Shown piece by piece: positions 47,401 to 61,300 of a DNA stretch of 64,000 nucleotides. The notes under the pieces are model-generated. The model worked only from the letters and a program-made list of their open reading frames with translations. It was not told where the DNA came from and did no database searches. The DNA is taken from assembly GCA_964016885.1 (NCBI GenBank), contig OZ024741.1, forward strand, positions 254,448,001 through 254,512,000. The letters are read 5' to 3'. How positions within the stretch are numbered: position 1 is the first letter of the stretch; each line of letters starts with the position of its first letter. The stretch is from Eledone cirrhosa. Lineage: Eukaryota. The translations under genes and the position numbers were made by a program.

Positions 47401-50400
47401 ACACTGGCACTGACAGAGAAAGCAGCAACAACTACAACAACACTGGCACTGACAGAAAAAACAGCAACAACAACAACACTGGCACTGACAGAGAAAACAG
47501 CAACAACAACAACACCGGCACTGACACAGAAAACAGCAACAACTACAACAACACTGGCACGGAAAACAGCAACAACAGCAACAACAACACTGGCACTGAC
47601 ACAGAAAACAGCAACAACAGCAACAACACTGGCACTGACACAGAAAACAGCAACAACAGCAACAACCGTGGCACTGACACAGAAAACAGCAACAACAGCA
47701 ACAACCGTGGCACTGACACAGAAAACAGCAACAACAGCAACAATAACACTGGCACTGACACAGAAAACAGCAACAGTAACAACAACAACACTGGCACTGA
47801 CACAGAAAACAGCAACAACAACAACACTGGCACTGACAGTGAAAATAGCAACAGCAACAACACTGGCACTGACAGTGAAAATAGCAACAGCAACAACACT
47901 GTCACTGACAGAGAAAACAGCAACAACAACAACACTGGCACTGACACAGAAAACAGCAACAACAACACTGGCACTGACAGAGAAAACAGCAACAACTACA
48001 ACACTGGCACTGACAGAGAAAGCAGCAACAACAACAACAACACTGGCACTGACAGAGAAAACAGCAACAACTACAACAACACTGGCACTGACACAGAAAA
48101 CAACAACAACTTCAACAACACTGGCACTGACAGAGAAAACAGCAACAACTACAACAACACTGGCACTGACAGAGAAAACAGCAACAACAGCAACAACACT
48201 GGCACTGACACAGAAAACAGCAACAACTACAACAACACTGGCACTGGCAGAGAAAACAGCAACAACTACAACAACACTGGCACTGACAGAGAAAACAGCA
48301 ACAACTACAACAACACTGGCACTGACACAGAAAACAGCAACAACTACAACAACACTGGCACTGACACAGAAAACAGCAACAACTTCAACAACACTGGCAC
48401 TGACAGAGAAAACAGCAACAACAACAACACTGGCACTGACACAGAAAACAGCAACAACTACAACAACACTGGCACTGACAGAGAAAACAGCAACAACTAC
48501 AACAACACTGGCACTGACAGAGAAAACAGCAACAACTACAACACTGGCACTGACACAGAAAACAGCAACAACTACAACAACACTGGCACAGAAAACAGCA
48601 ACAACAACAACAACACTGGCAGTGACACAGAAAACAGCAACAACAACAACACTGGCACTGACAGTGAAAATAGCAACAACAACAACACTGGCACTGACAG
48701 AGAAAACAGCAACAACAACAACACTGGCACTGACACAGAAAACAGCAACGACAACAACACTGGCACTGACACAGAAAACAGCAACAACTACAACAACACT
48801 GGCACTGACAGAGAAAACGGCAACAACTACAACACTGGCACTGACAGAGAAAACAGCAACAACAACAACACTGGCACTGACAGAGAAAACAGCAACAACT
48901 ACAACAACACTGGCACTGACACAGAAAACAGCAACAACAACAACAACACTGGCACTGACACAGAAAACAGCAACAGCAACAACAACAACAACACTGGCAC
49001 TGACAGAGAAAACAGCAACAACTACAACAACACTGGCACTGACACAGAAAACAGCAACAACTACAACAAAACTGGCACTGACAGAGAAAACAGCAACAAC
49101 TACAACAACACTGGCACTGACAGAGAAAACAGCAACAACAACAACACTGGCACTGACAGAGAAAACAGCAACAACTACAACAACACTGGCACTGACACAG
49201 AAAACAGCAACAACTACAACAACACTGGCACTGACAGAGAAAACAGCAACAACAACAACACTAGCACTGACACAGAAAACAGCAACAACTACAACAACAC
49301 TGGCACTGACAGAGAAAACAGCAACAACTACAACAACACTGGCACTCACAGAGAAAACAGCAACAACTACAACAACACTGGTACTGACACAGAAAACAGC
49401 AACAACTACAACAACACTGGCACTGACAGAGAAAACAGCAACAACAACAACACTGGCACTGACACAGAAAACAGCAACAACTACAACAACACTGGCACTG
49501 ACAGAGAAAACAGCAACAACTACAACAACACTGGCACTGACAGAGAAAACAGCAACAGCAACGACACTGGCACTGACACAGAAAACAGCAACAATAGCAA
49601 CAACAACACTGGCACTGACACAGAAAACAGCAACAACAGCAACAACAACACTGGCACTGACACAGAAAACAGCAACAACAACAACATTGGCACTGACAGA
49701 GAAAACAGCAACAACTACAACAACACTGGCACTGACAGAGAAAACAGCAACAACTACAACAACACTGGCACTGACACAGAAAACAGCAACAACAACACTG
49801 GCACTGACACAGAAAACAGCAACAACTACAACAACACTGGCACTGACAGAGAAAACAGCAACAACTACAACACTGGTACTGACAGAGAAAACAGCAACAA
49901 CAACACTGGCACTGACAGAGAAAACAGCAACAACTACAACAACACTGGCACTGACACAGAAAACAGCAACAACTACAACAACACTGGCACTGACAGAGAA
50001 AACAGCAACAACAACAACACTGCCACTGACAGAGAAAACAGCAACAACAACAACACCGGCACTGACACAGAAAACAGCAACAACTACAACAACACTGGCA
50101 CTGACAGAGAAAACAGCAACAACAACAACACTGGCACTGACACAGAAAACAGCAACAACTACAACACTGGCACTGACAGAGAAAACAGCAACAACTACAA
50201 CAACACTGGCACTGACAGAGAAAACAGCAACAGCAACAACAACAACAACACTGGCACTGACAGAGAAAACACAACAACAACAACAACACTGGCACTGACA
50301 GAGAAAACAGCAACAACTACAACAACACTGGCACTGACACAGAAAACAGCAACAACTACAACAAAACTGGCACTGACAGAGAAAACAGCAATAACTACAA

Positions 50401-53400
50401 CAACACTGGCACTGACAGAGAAAACAGCAACAACAACAACACTGGCACTGACAGAGAAAACAGCAACAACAACAACACTGGCACTGATACAGAAAACAGA
50501 AACAACTACAACAACACTGGCACTGACAGAGAAAGCAGCAACAAATACAACAACACTGGCACTGACAGAGAAAACAGCAACAGCAACAACACTGGCACTG
50601 ACACAGAAAACAGCAACAACTACAACAACACTGGCACTGACAGAGAAAACAGCAACAACTACAACAACACTGACACTGACAGAGAAAACAGCAACAACTA
50701 CAACAACACTGGCACTGACACAGAAAACAGCAACAACTACAACAACACTGGCACTGACACAGAAAACAGCAACAACTACAACAACACTGGCACTGACACA
50801 GAAAACAGCAACAACAACAACACTGGTACTGATAGAGAAAACAGCAACAACAACAACACTGGCACTGACAGAGAAAACAGCAACAACAACAACACCGGCA
50901 CTGACACAGAAAACAGCAACAACTACAACAACACTGGCACGGAAAACAGCAACAACAGCAACAACAACACTGGCACTGACACAGAAAACAGCAACAACCG
51001 TGGCACTGACACAGAAATCAGCAACAACAGCAACAATAACACTGGCACTGGCACAGGAAACAGCAACAGCAACACTGGAACTGACACAGAAAACAGCAAC
51101 AGTAACAACAACAACACAGGCACTGACACAGAAAACAGCAACAACAACAACACTGGCACTGACAGTGAAAATAGCAACAGCAACAACACTGGCACTGACA
51201 GTGAAAATAGCAACAGCAACAACACTGGCACTGACAGAGAAAACAGCAACAACAACAACACTGGCACTGACACAGAAAACAGCAACAACAACAACACTGT
51301 CACTGACAGAGAAAACAGCAACAACTACAACACTGGCACTGACAGAGAAAGCAGCAACAACAACAACAACACTGGCACTGACAGAGAAAACAGCAACAAC
51401 TACAACAACACTGGCACTGACACAGAAAACAACAACAACTACAACAACACTGGCACTGACAGAGAAAACAGCAACAACTACAACAACACTGACACTGACA
51501 GAGAAAACAACAACAACAGCAACAACACTGGCACTGACACAGAAAACAGCAACAACTACAACAACACTGGCACTGGCAGAGAAAACAGCAACAACGACAA
51601 ACACACTGGCACTGACAGAGAAAACAGCAACAACTACAACAACACTGGCACTGACACAGAAAACAGCAACAACTTCAACAACACTGGCACTGACAGAGAA
51701 AACAGCAACAACAACAACACTGGCACTGACACAGAAAACAGCAACAACTACAACAACACTGGCACTGACAGAGAAAACAGCAACAACTACAACAACACTG
51801 GCACTGACACAGAAAACAGCAACAACAACAACACTGGCACTGACACAGAAAACAGCAACAACTACAACAACACTGGCACTGACAGAGAAAACAGCAACAA
51901 CAACAACAACACTGGCACTGACAGAGAAAACAGCAACAACTACAACAACACTGGCACTGACAGAGAAAACAGCAACAACTACAACAACACTGGCACTGAC
52001 ACAGAAAACAGCAACAACTACAACAACAGTGGCACTGACAGAGAAAACAGCAACAACAACAACACTGGCACTGACAGAGAAAACAGCAACAACAACAACA
52101 CTGGCACTGACAGAGAAAACAGCAACAACAACAACACCGGCACTGACACAGAAAACAGCAACAACTACAACAACACTGGCACTGACAGAGAAAACAGCAA
52201 CAACTACAACAACACTGGCACTGACAGAGAAAACAGCAACAACAACAACACTGGCACTGACACAGAAAACAACAACGACAACAGTGGCACTGACACAGAA
52301 AACAGCAACAACAGCAACAATAACACTGGCACTGAAAACAGCAACAGCAACAACAACAACAACACTGGAACTGACACAGAAAACAGCAACAGTAACAACA
52401 ACAACACTGGCACTGACACAGAAAACAGCAACAGCAAGAACACTGGCACTGACACAGAAAACAGCAACAACTACAACAACACTGGCACTGACACAGAAAA
52501 CAGCAACAACAGCAACAACAACACTGGCACTGACACAGAAAACAGCAACAACAGCAACAACAGTGGCACTGACACAGAAAACAGCAACAACAGCAACAAT
52601 AACACTGGCACTTGCACAGAAAACAGCAACAGTAACAACAACACTGGCACTGACACAGAAAACAGCAACAGTAACAACAACAACACTGGCACTCACACAG
52701 AAAACAGCAACAACAACAACACTGGCACTGACACAGAAAACAGCAACAACAACAACACTGGCACTGACAGTGAAAATAGCAACAACAACAACACTGGCAC
52801 TGACAGAGAAAACAGCAACAACAACAACAACACTGGCACTGACAGAGAAAACAGCAACAACTACAACACTGGCACTGACAGAGAAAACAGCAACAACAAC
52901 AACACTGGCACTGACACAGAAAACAGCAACAACTACAACAACACTGGCACTGACAGAGAAAACAGCAACAACTACAACAACACTGGCACTGACACAGAAA
53001 ACAGCAATAACTACAAAAACACTGGCACTGACACAGAAAACAGCAACAACTACAACAACACTGGCACTGACACAGAAAACAGCAACAACAACAACACTGG
53101 CACTGACACAGAAAACAGCAACAACAACAACACTGGCACTGACAGAGAAAACAGCAACAACAACAACACTGGCACTGACAGAGAAAACAGCAACAACAAC
53201 AACACCGGCACTGACACAGAAAACAGCAACAACTACAACCACACTGGCACTGACAGAGAAAACAGCAACAACTACAACAACACTGGCACTGACAGAGAAA
53301 ACAGCAACAACTACAACAACACTGGCACTGACACAGAAAACAGCAACAACTACAACAACAGTGGCACTGACAGAGAAAACAACAACAACAACAACACTGG

Positions 53401-55365
53401 CACTGACAGAGAAAACAGCAACAACAACAACACTGGCACTGACAGAGAAAACAGCAACAACAACAACACCGGCACTGACACAGAAAACAGCAACAACTAC
53501 AACAACACTGGCACTGACAGAGAAAACAGCAACAACTACAACAACACTGGCACTGACAGAGAAAACAGCAACAACAACAACACTGGCACTGACACAGAAA
53601 ACAGCAACAACAACAGTGGCACTGACACAGAAAACAGCAACAACAGCAACAATAACACTGGCACTGAAAACAGCAACAGCAACAACAACAACAACACTGG
53701 AACTGACACAGAAAACAGCAACAGTAACAACAACAACACTGGCACTGACACAGAAAACAGCAACAGCAAGAACACTGGCACTGACACAGAAAACAGCAAC
53801 AACTACAACAACGCTGGCACGGAAAACAGCAACAACAGCAACAACAACACTGGCACTGACACAGAAAACAGCAACAACAACACTGCCACTGACACAGAAA
53901 ACAGCAACAACAGCAACAACAGTGGCACTGACACAGAAAACAGCAACAACAGCAACAATAACACTGGCACTGGCACAGAAAACAGCAACAGTAACAACAA
54001 CAACACTGGCACTGACACAGAAAACAGCAACAGTAACAACAACAACACTGGCACTGACACAGAAAACAGCAACAACAACAACACTGGCACTGACACAGAA
54101 AACAGCAACAACAACAACACTGGCACTGACAGTGAAAATAGCAACAACAACAACACTGGCACTGACAGAGAAAACAGCAACAACAACAACAACATTGGCA
54201 CTGACAGAGAAAACAGCAACAACTAAAACACTGGCACTGACAGAGAAAACAGCAACAACAACAACATTGGCACTGACACAGAAAACAGCAACAACTACAA
54301 CAACACTGGCACTGGCAGAGGAAACAGCAACAACTACAACAACACTGGCACTCACAGAGAAAACAGCAACAACTACAACAACACTGGCACTGACACAGAA
54401 AACAGCAACAACTACAACAACACTGGCACTGACACAGAAAACAGCAACAACTACAACAACACTGGCACTGACAGAGAAAACAGCAACAACAACAACACTG
54501 GCACTGACACAGAAAACAGCAACAACAACAACACTGGCACTGACAGAGAAAACAGCAACAACAACAACACTTGCACTGACACAGAAAACAGCAACAACAA
54601 CAACACTGGCACTGACAGAGAAAACAGCAACAACAACAACACCGGCACTGACACATAAAACAGCAACAACTACAACAACACTGGCACTGACAGAGAAAAC
54701 AGCAACAACTACAACAACACTGGCACTGACAGAGAAAACAGCAACAACAACAACACTGGCACTGACACAGAAAACAGCAACAACTACAACACTGGCACTG
54801 ACAGAGAAAACAGCAACAACTACAACAACACTGGCACTGACAGAGAAAACAGCAACAGCAACAACACTGGCACTGACACAGAAAACAGCAACAACAGCAA
54901 CAACAACACTGGGACTGACACAGAAAACAGCAACAACAGCAATAACAATGGCACTGACACAGAAAACAGCAACAACAACAACACTGGCACTGACAGAGAA
55001 AACAGCAACAACAACACTGGCAGTGACAGAGAAAACAGCAACAACAACAACACTGGCACTGACACAGAAAACAGCAACAACAACAGTGGCACTGACACAG
55101 AAAACAGCAACAACTACAACAACACTGGCACTGACAGAGAAAACAGCAACAACAACAACACTGGCACTGACACAGAAAACAGCAACAACTACAACAACAC
55201 TGGCACTGACAGAGAAAACAGCAACAACTACAACAACACTGGCACCTACAGAGAAAACAGCAACAACTACAACAACACTGGCACTGACACAGAAAACAGC
55301 AACAACTACAACAACACTGGCACTGACACAGAAAACAGCAACAACAACAACACTGGCACTGACAG

Positions 55366-58300
55366 AGAAAACAGCAACAACTACAACAACACTGGCACTG
55401 ACAGAGAAAACAGCAACAACAACAACACTGGCACTGACACAGAAAACAGCAACAACTACAACAACACTGGCACTGACAGAGAAAACAGCAACAACTACAA
55501 CAACACTGGCACTGACAGAGAAAACAGCAACAGCAACAACACTGGCACTGACACAGAAAACAGCAACAACAGCAACAACAACACTGGCACTGACACAGAA
55601 AACAGCAACAACAGCAACAACAACACTGGCACTGACACAGAAAACAGCAACAACAACAACACTGGCACTGACAGAGAAAACAGCAACAACAACACTGGCA
55701 CTGACAGAGAAAACAGCAACAACAACAACACTGGCACTGACACAGAAAACAGCAACAACAACAGTGGCACTGACACAGAAAACAGCAACAACTACAACAA
55801 CACTGGCACTGACACAGAAAACAACAACAACAACACTGGCACTGATACAGAAAACAGAAACAACTACAACAACACTGGCACTGACAGAGAAAGCAGCAAC
55901 AACTACAACCACACTGGCACTGACAGAGAAAACAGCAGCAGCAACAACACTGGCACTGACACAGAAAACAGCAACAACTACAACAACACTGGCACTGACA
56001 GAGAAAACAGCAACAACTACAACAACACTGGCACTGACAGAGAAAACAACAACAACTACAACAACACTGGCACTGACACAGAAAACAGCAACAACTACAA
56101 CAACACTGGCACTGACACAGAAAACAGCAACAACAACAACACTGGTACTGATAGAGAAAACAGCAACAACAACAACACTGGCACTGACAGAGAAAACAGC
56201 AACAACAACAACACCGGCACTGACACAGAAAACAGCAACAACTACAACAACACTGGCACGGAAAACAGCAACAACAGCAACAACAACACTGGCACTGACA
56301 CAGAAAACAGCAACAACAGCAACAACACTGGCACTGACACAGAAAACAGCAACAACCGTGGCACTGACACAGAAAACAGCAACAACAGCAACAATAACAC
56401 TGGCACTGGCACAGAAAACAGCAACAGCAACACTGGAACTGACACAGAAAACAGCAACAGTAACAACAACAACACTGGCACTGACACAGAAAACAGCAAC
56501 AACAACAACACTGGCACTGACAGTGAAAATAGCAACAGCAACAACACTGGCACTGACAGTGAAAACAGCAACAGCAACAACACTGGCGCTGACAGAGAAA
56601 ACAGCAACAACAACAACACTGGCACCGACACAGAAAACAGCAACAACAACAACACTGGCACTGACAGAGAAAACACCAACAACTACAACACTGGCACTGA
56701 CAGAGAAAACAGCAACAACAACACTTGCAGTGACAGAGAAAACAGCAACAACAACAACACTGGCACTGACACAGAAAACAGCAACAACAACAGTGGCACT
56801 GACACAGAAAACAGCAACAACTACAACAACACTGGCACTGACAGAGAAAACAGCAACAACAACAACACTGGCACTGACACAGAAAACAGCAACAACTACA
56901 ACAACACTGGCACTGACAGAGAAAACAGCAACAACTACAACAACACTGGCACTGACAGAGAAAACAGCAACAACTACAACAACACTGGCACTGACACAGA
57001 AAACAGCAACAACTACAACAACACTGGCACTGACACAGAAAACAGCAACAACAACAACACTGGCACTGACAGAGAAAACAGCAACAACTACAACAACACT
57101 GGCACTGACAGAGAAAACAGCAACAACAACAACACTGGCACTGACACAGAAAACAGCAACAACTACAACAACACTGGCACTGACAGAGAAAACAGCAACA
57201 ACTACAACAACACTGGCACTGACAGAGAAAACAGCAACAGCAACAACACTGGCACTGACACAGAAAACAGCAACAACAGCAACAACAACACTGGCACTGA
57301 CACAGAAAACAGCAACAACAGCAACAACAACACTGGCACTGACACAGAAAACAGCAACAACAACAACACTGGCACTGACAGAGAAAACAGCAACAACAAC
57401 ACTGGCACTGACAGAGAAAACAGCAACAACAACAACACTGGCACTGACACAGAAAACAGCAACAACAACAGTGGCACTGACACAGAAAACAGCAACAACT
57501 ACAACAACACTGGCACTGACACAGAAAACAACAACAACAACACTGGCACTGATACAGAAAAGAGAAACAACTACAACAACAATGGCACTGACAGAGAAAG
57601 CAGCAACAACTACAACAACACTGGCACTGACAGAGAAAACAGCAACAGCAACAACACTGGCACTGTCACAGAAAACAGCAACAACTACAACAACACTGGC
57701 ACTGACAGAGAAAACAGCAACAACTACAACAACACTGGCACTGACAGAGAAAACAGCAACAACTACAACAACACTGGCACTGACACAGAAAACAGCAACA
57801 ACTACAACAACACTGGCCCTGACACAGAAAACAGCAACAACAACAACACTGGTACTGATAGAGAAAACAGCAACAACAACAACACTGGCACTGACAGAGA
57901 AAACAGCAACAACAAAAACAGCGGCACTGACACAGAAAACAGCAACAACTACAACAACACTGGCACGGAAAACAGCAACAACAGCAACAACAACACAGCA
58001 CTGACACAGAAAACAGCAACAACAGCAACAACACTGGCACTGACACAGAAAACAGCAACAACCGTGGCACTGACACAGAAAACAGCAACAACAGCAACAA
58101 TAACACTTGCACTGGCACAGAAAACAGCAACAGCAACACTGGAACTGACACAGAAAACAGCAACAGTAACAACAACAACACTGGCACTGACACAGAAAAC
58201 AGCAACAACAACAACACTGGCACTGACAGTGAAAATAGCAACAGCAACAACACTGGCACTGACAGTGAAAATAGCAACAGCAACAACACTGGCACTGACA

Positions 58301-61300
58301 GAGAAAACAGCAACAACAACAACACTGGCACCGACACAGAAAACAGCAACAACAACAACACTGGCACTGACAGAGAAAACAGCAACAACTACAACACTGG
58401 CACTGACAGAGAAAGCAGCAACAACAACAACAACACTGGCACTGACAGAGAAAACAGCAACAACTACAACAACACTGGCACTGACACAGAAAACAACAAC
58501 AACTACAACAACACTGGCACTGACAGAGAAAACAGCAACAACTACAACAACACTGACACTGACAGAGAAAACAACAACAACAGCAACAACACTGGCACTG
58601 ACACAGAAAACAGCAACAACTACAACAACACTGGCACTGGCAGAGAAAACAGCAACAACTACAACAACACTGGCACTGACAGAGAAAACAGCAACAACTA
58701 CAACAACACTGGCACTGACACAGAAAACAGCAACAACTACAACAACACTGGCACTGACACAGAAAACAGCAACAACTTCAACAACACTGGCACTGACAGA
58801 GAAAACAGCAACAACAACAACACTGGCACTGACACAGAAAACAGCAACAACTACAACAACACTGGCACTGACAGAGAAAACAGCAACAACTACAACAACA
58901 CTGGCACTGACAGAGAAAACAGCAACAACTACAACACTGGCACTGACACAGAAAACAGCAACAACTACAACAACACTGGCACAGAAAACAGCAACAACAA
59001 CAACAACACTGGCACTGACACAGAAAACAGCAACAACAACAACACTGGCACTGACAGTGAAAATAGCAACAACAACAACACTGGCACTGACAGAGAAAAC
59101 AGCAACAACAACAACACTGGCACTGACACAGAAAACAGCAACGACAACAACACTGGCACTGACACAGAAAACAGCAACAACTACAACAACACTGGCACTG
59201 ACAGAGAAAACGGCAACAACTACAACACTGGCACTGACAGAGAAAACAGCAACAACAACAACACTGGCACTGACAGAGAAAACAGCAACAACTACAACAA
59301 CACTGGCACTGACACAGAAAACAGCAACAACAACAACAACACTGGCACTGACACAGAAAACAGCAACAGCAACAACAACAACAACACTGGCACTGACAGA
59401 GAAAACAGCAACAACTACAACAACACTGGCACTGACACAGAAAACAGCAACAACTACAACAAAACTGGCACTGACAGAGAAAACAGCAACAACTACAACA
59501 ACACTGGCACTGACAGAGAAAACAGCAACAACAACAACACTGGCACTGACAGAGAAAACAGCAACAACTACAACAAAACTGGCACTGACACAGAAAACAG
59601 CAACAACTACAACAACACTGGCACTGACAGAGAAAACAGCAACAACAACAACACTGGCACTGACACAGAAAACAGCAACAACTACAACAACACTGGCACT
59701 GACAGAGAAAACAGCAACAACTACAACAACACTGGCACTCACAGAGAAAACAGCAACAACTACAACAACACTGGTACTGACACAGAAAACAGCAACAACT
59801 ACAACAACACTGGCACTGACAGAGAAAACAGCAACAACAACAACACTGGCACTGACACAGAAAACAGCAACAACTACAACAACACTGGCACTGACAGAGA
59901 AAACAGCAACAACTACAACAACACTGGCACTGACAGAGAAAACAGCAACAGCAACGACACTGGCACTGGCACAGAAAACAGCAACAATAGCAACAACAAC
60001 ACTGGCACTGACACAGAAAACAGCAACAACAGCAACAACAACACTGGTACTGACACAGAAAACAGCAACAACAACAACATTGGCACTGACAGAGAAAACA
60101 GCAACAACTACAACAACACTGGCACTGACAGAGAAAACAGCAACAACTACAACAACACTGGCACTGACACAGAAAACAGCAACAACAACACTGGCACTGA
60201 CACAGAAAACAGCAACAACTACAACAACACTGGCACTGACAGAGAAAACAGCAACAACTACAACACTGGTACTGACAGAGAAAACAGCAACAACAACACT
60301 GGCACTGACAGAGAAAACAGCAACAACTACAACAACACTGGCACTGACACAGAAAACAGCAACAACTACAACAACACTGGCACTGACAGAGAAAACAGCA
60401 ACAACAACAACACTGCCACTGACAGAGAAAACAGCAACAACAACAACACCGGCACTGACACAGAAAACAGCAACAACTACAACAACACTGGCACTGACAG
60501 AGAAAACAGCAACAACAACAACACTGGCACTGACACAGAAAACAGCAACAACTACAACAACACTGGCACTGACAGAGAAAACAGCAACAACTACAACAAC
60601 ACTGGCACTGACAGAGAAAACAGCAACAGCAACAACACTGGCACTGACACAGAAAACAGCAACAACAGCAACAACAACACTGGCACTGACACAGAAAACA
60701 GCAACAACAGCAACAACAACACTGGCACTGACACAGAAAACAGCAACAACAACAACACTGGCACTGACAGAGAAAACAGCAACAACAACACTGGCACTGA
60801 CAGAGAAAACAGCAACAACAACAACACTGGCACTGACACAGAAAACAGCAACAACAACAGTGGCACTGACACAGAAAACAGCAACAACTACAACAACACT
60901 GGCACTGACACAGAAAACAACAACAACAACACTGGCACTGATACAGAAAACAGAAACAACTACAACAACACTGGCACTGACAGAGAAAGCAGCAACAACT
61001 ACAACCACACTGGCACTGACAGAGAAAACAGCAGCAGCAACAACACTGGCACTGACACAGAAAACAGCAACAACTACAACAACACTGGCACTGACAGAGA
61101 AAACAGCAACAACTACAACAACACTGGCACTGACAGAGAAAACAACAACAACTACAACAACACTGGCACTGACACAGAAAACAGCAACAACTACAACAAC
61201 ACTGGCACTGACACAGAAAACAGCAACAACAACAACACTGGTACTGATAGAGAAAACAGCAACAACAACAACACTGGCACTGACAGAGAAAACAGCAACA

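Noticed and set aside
1585-50290. Programmed ribosomal frameshifting or phase variation at the -1 sites
   Set aside because: There is no evidence of translation and no stimulatory structure in this A/C-rich sequence, and in-frame stops also occur. The sites are adequately explained as inherited deletions.
51675-54656. Cys-rich minus-strand ORFs (FLCQCQCCCSCCC)n as metallothionein or keratin-associated proteins
   Set aside because: TGT/TGC runs are simply the reverse complement of ACA/GCA. The ORFs switch between Cys-, Val- and Leu-rich phases exactly at the array's frameshifts.
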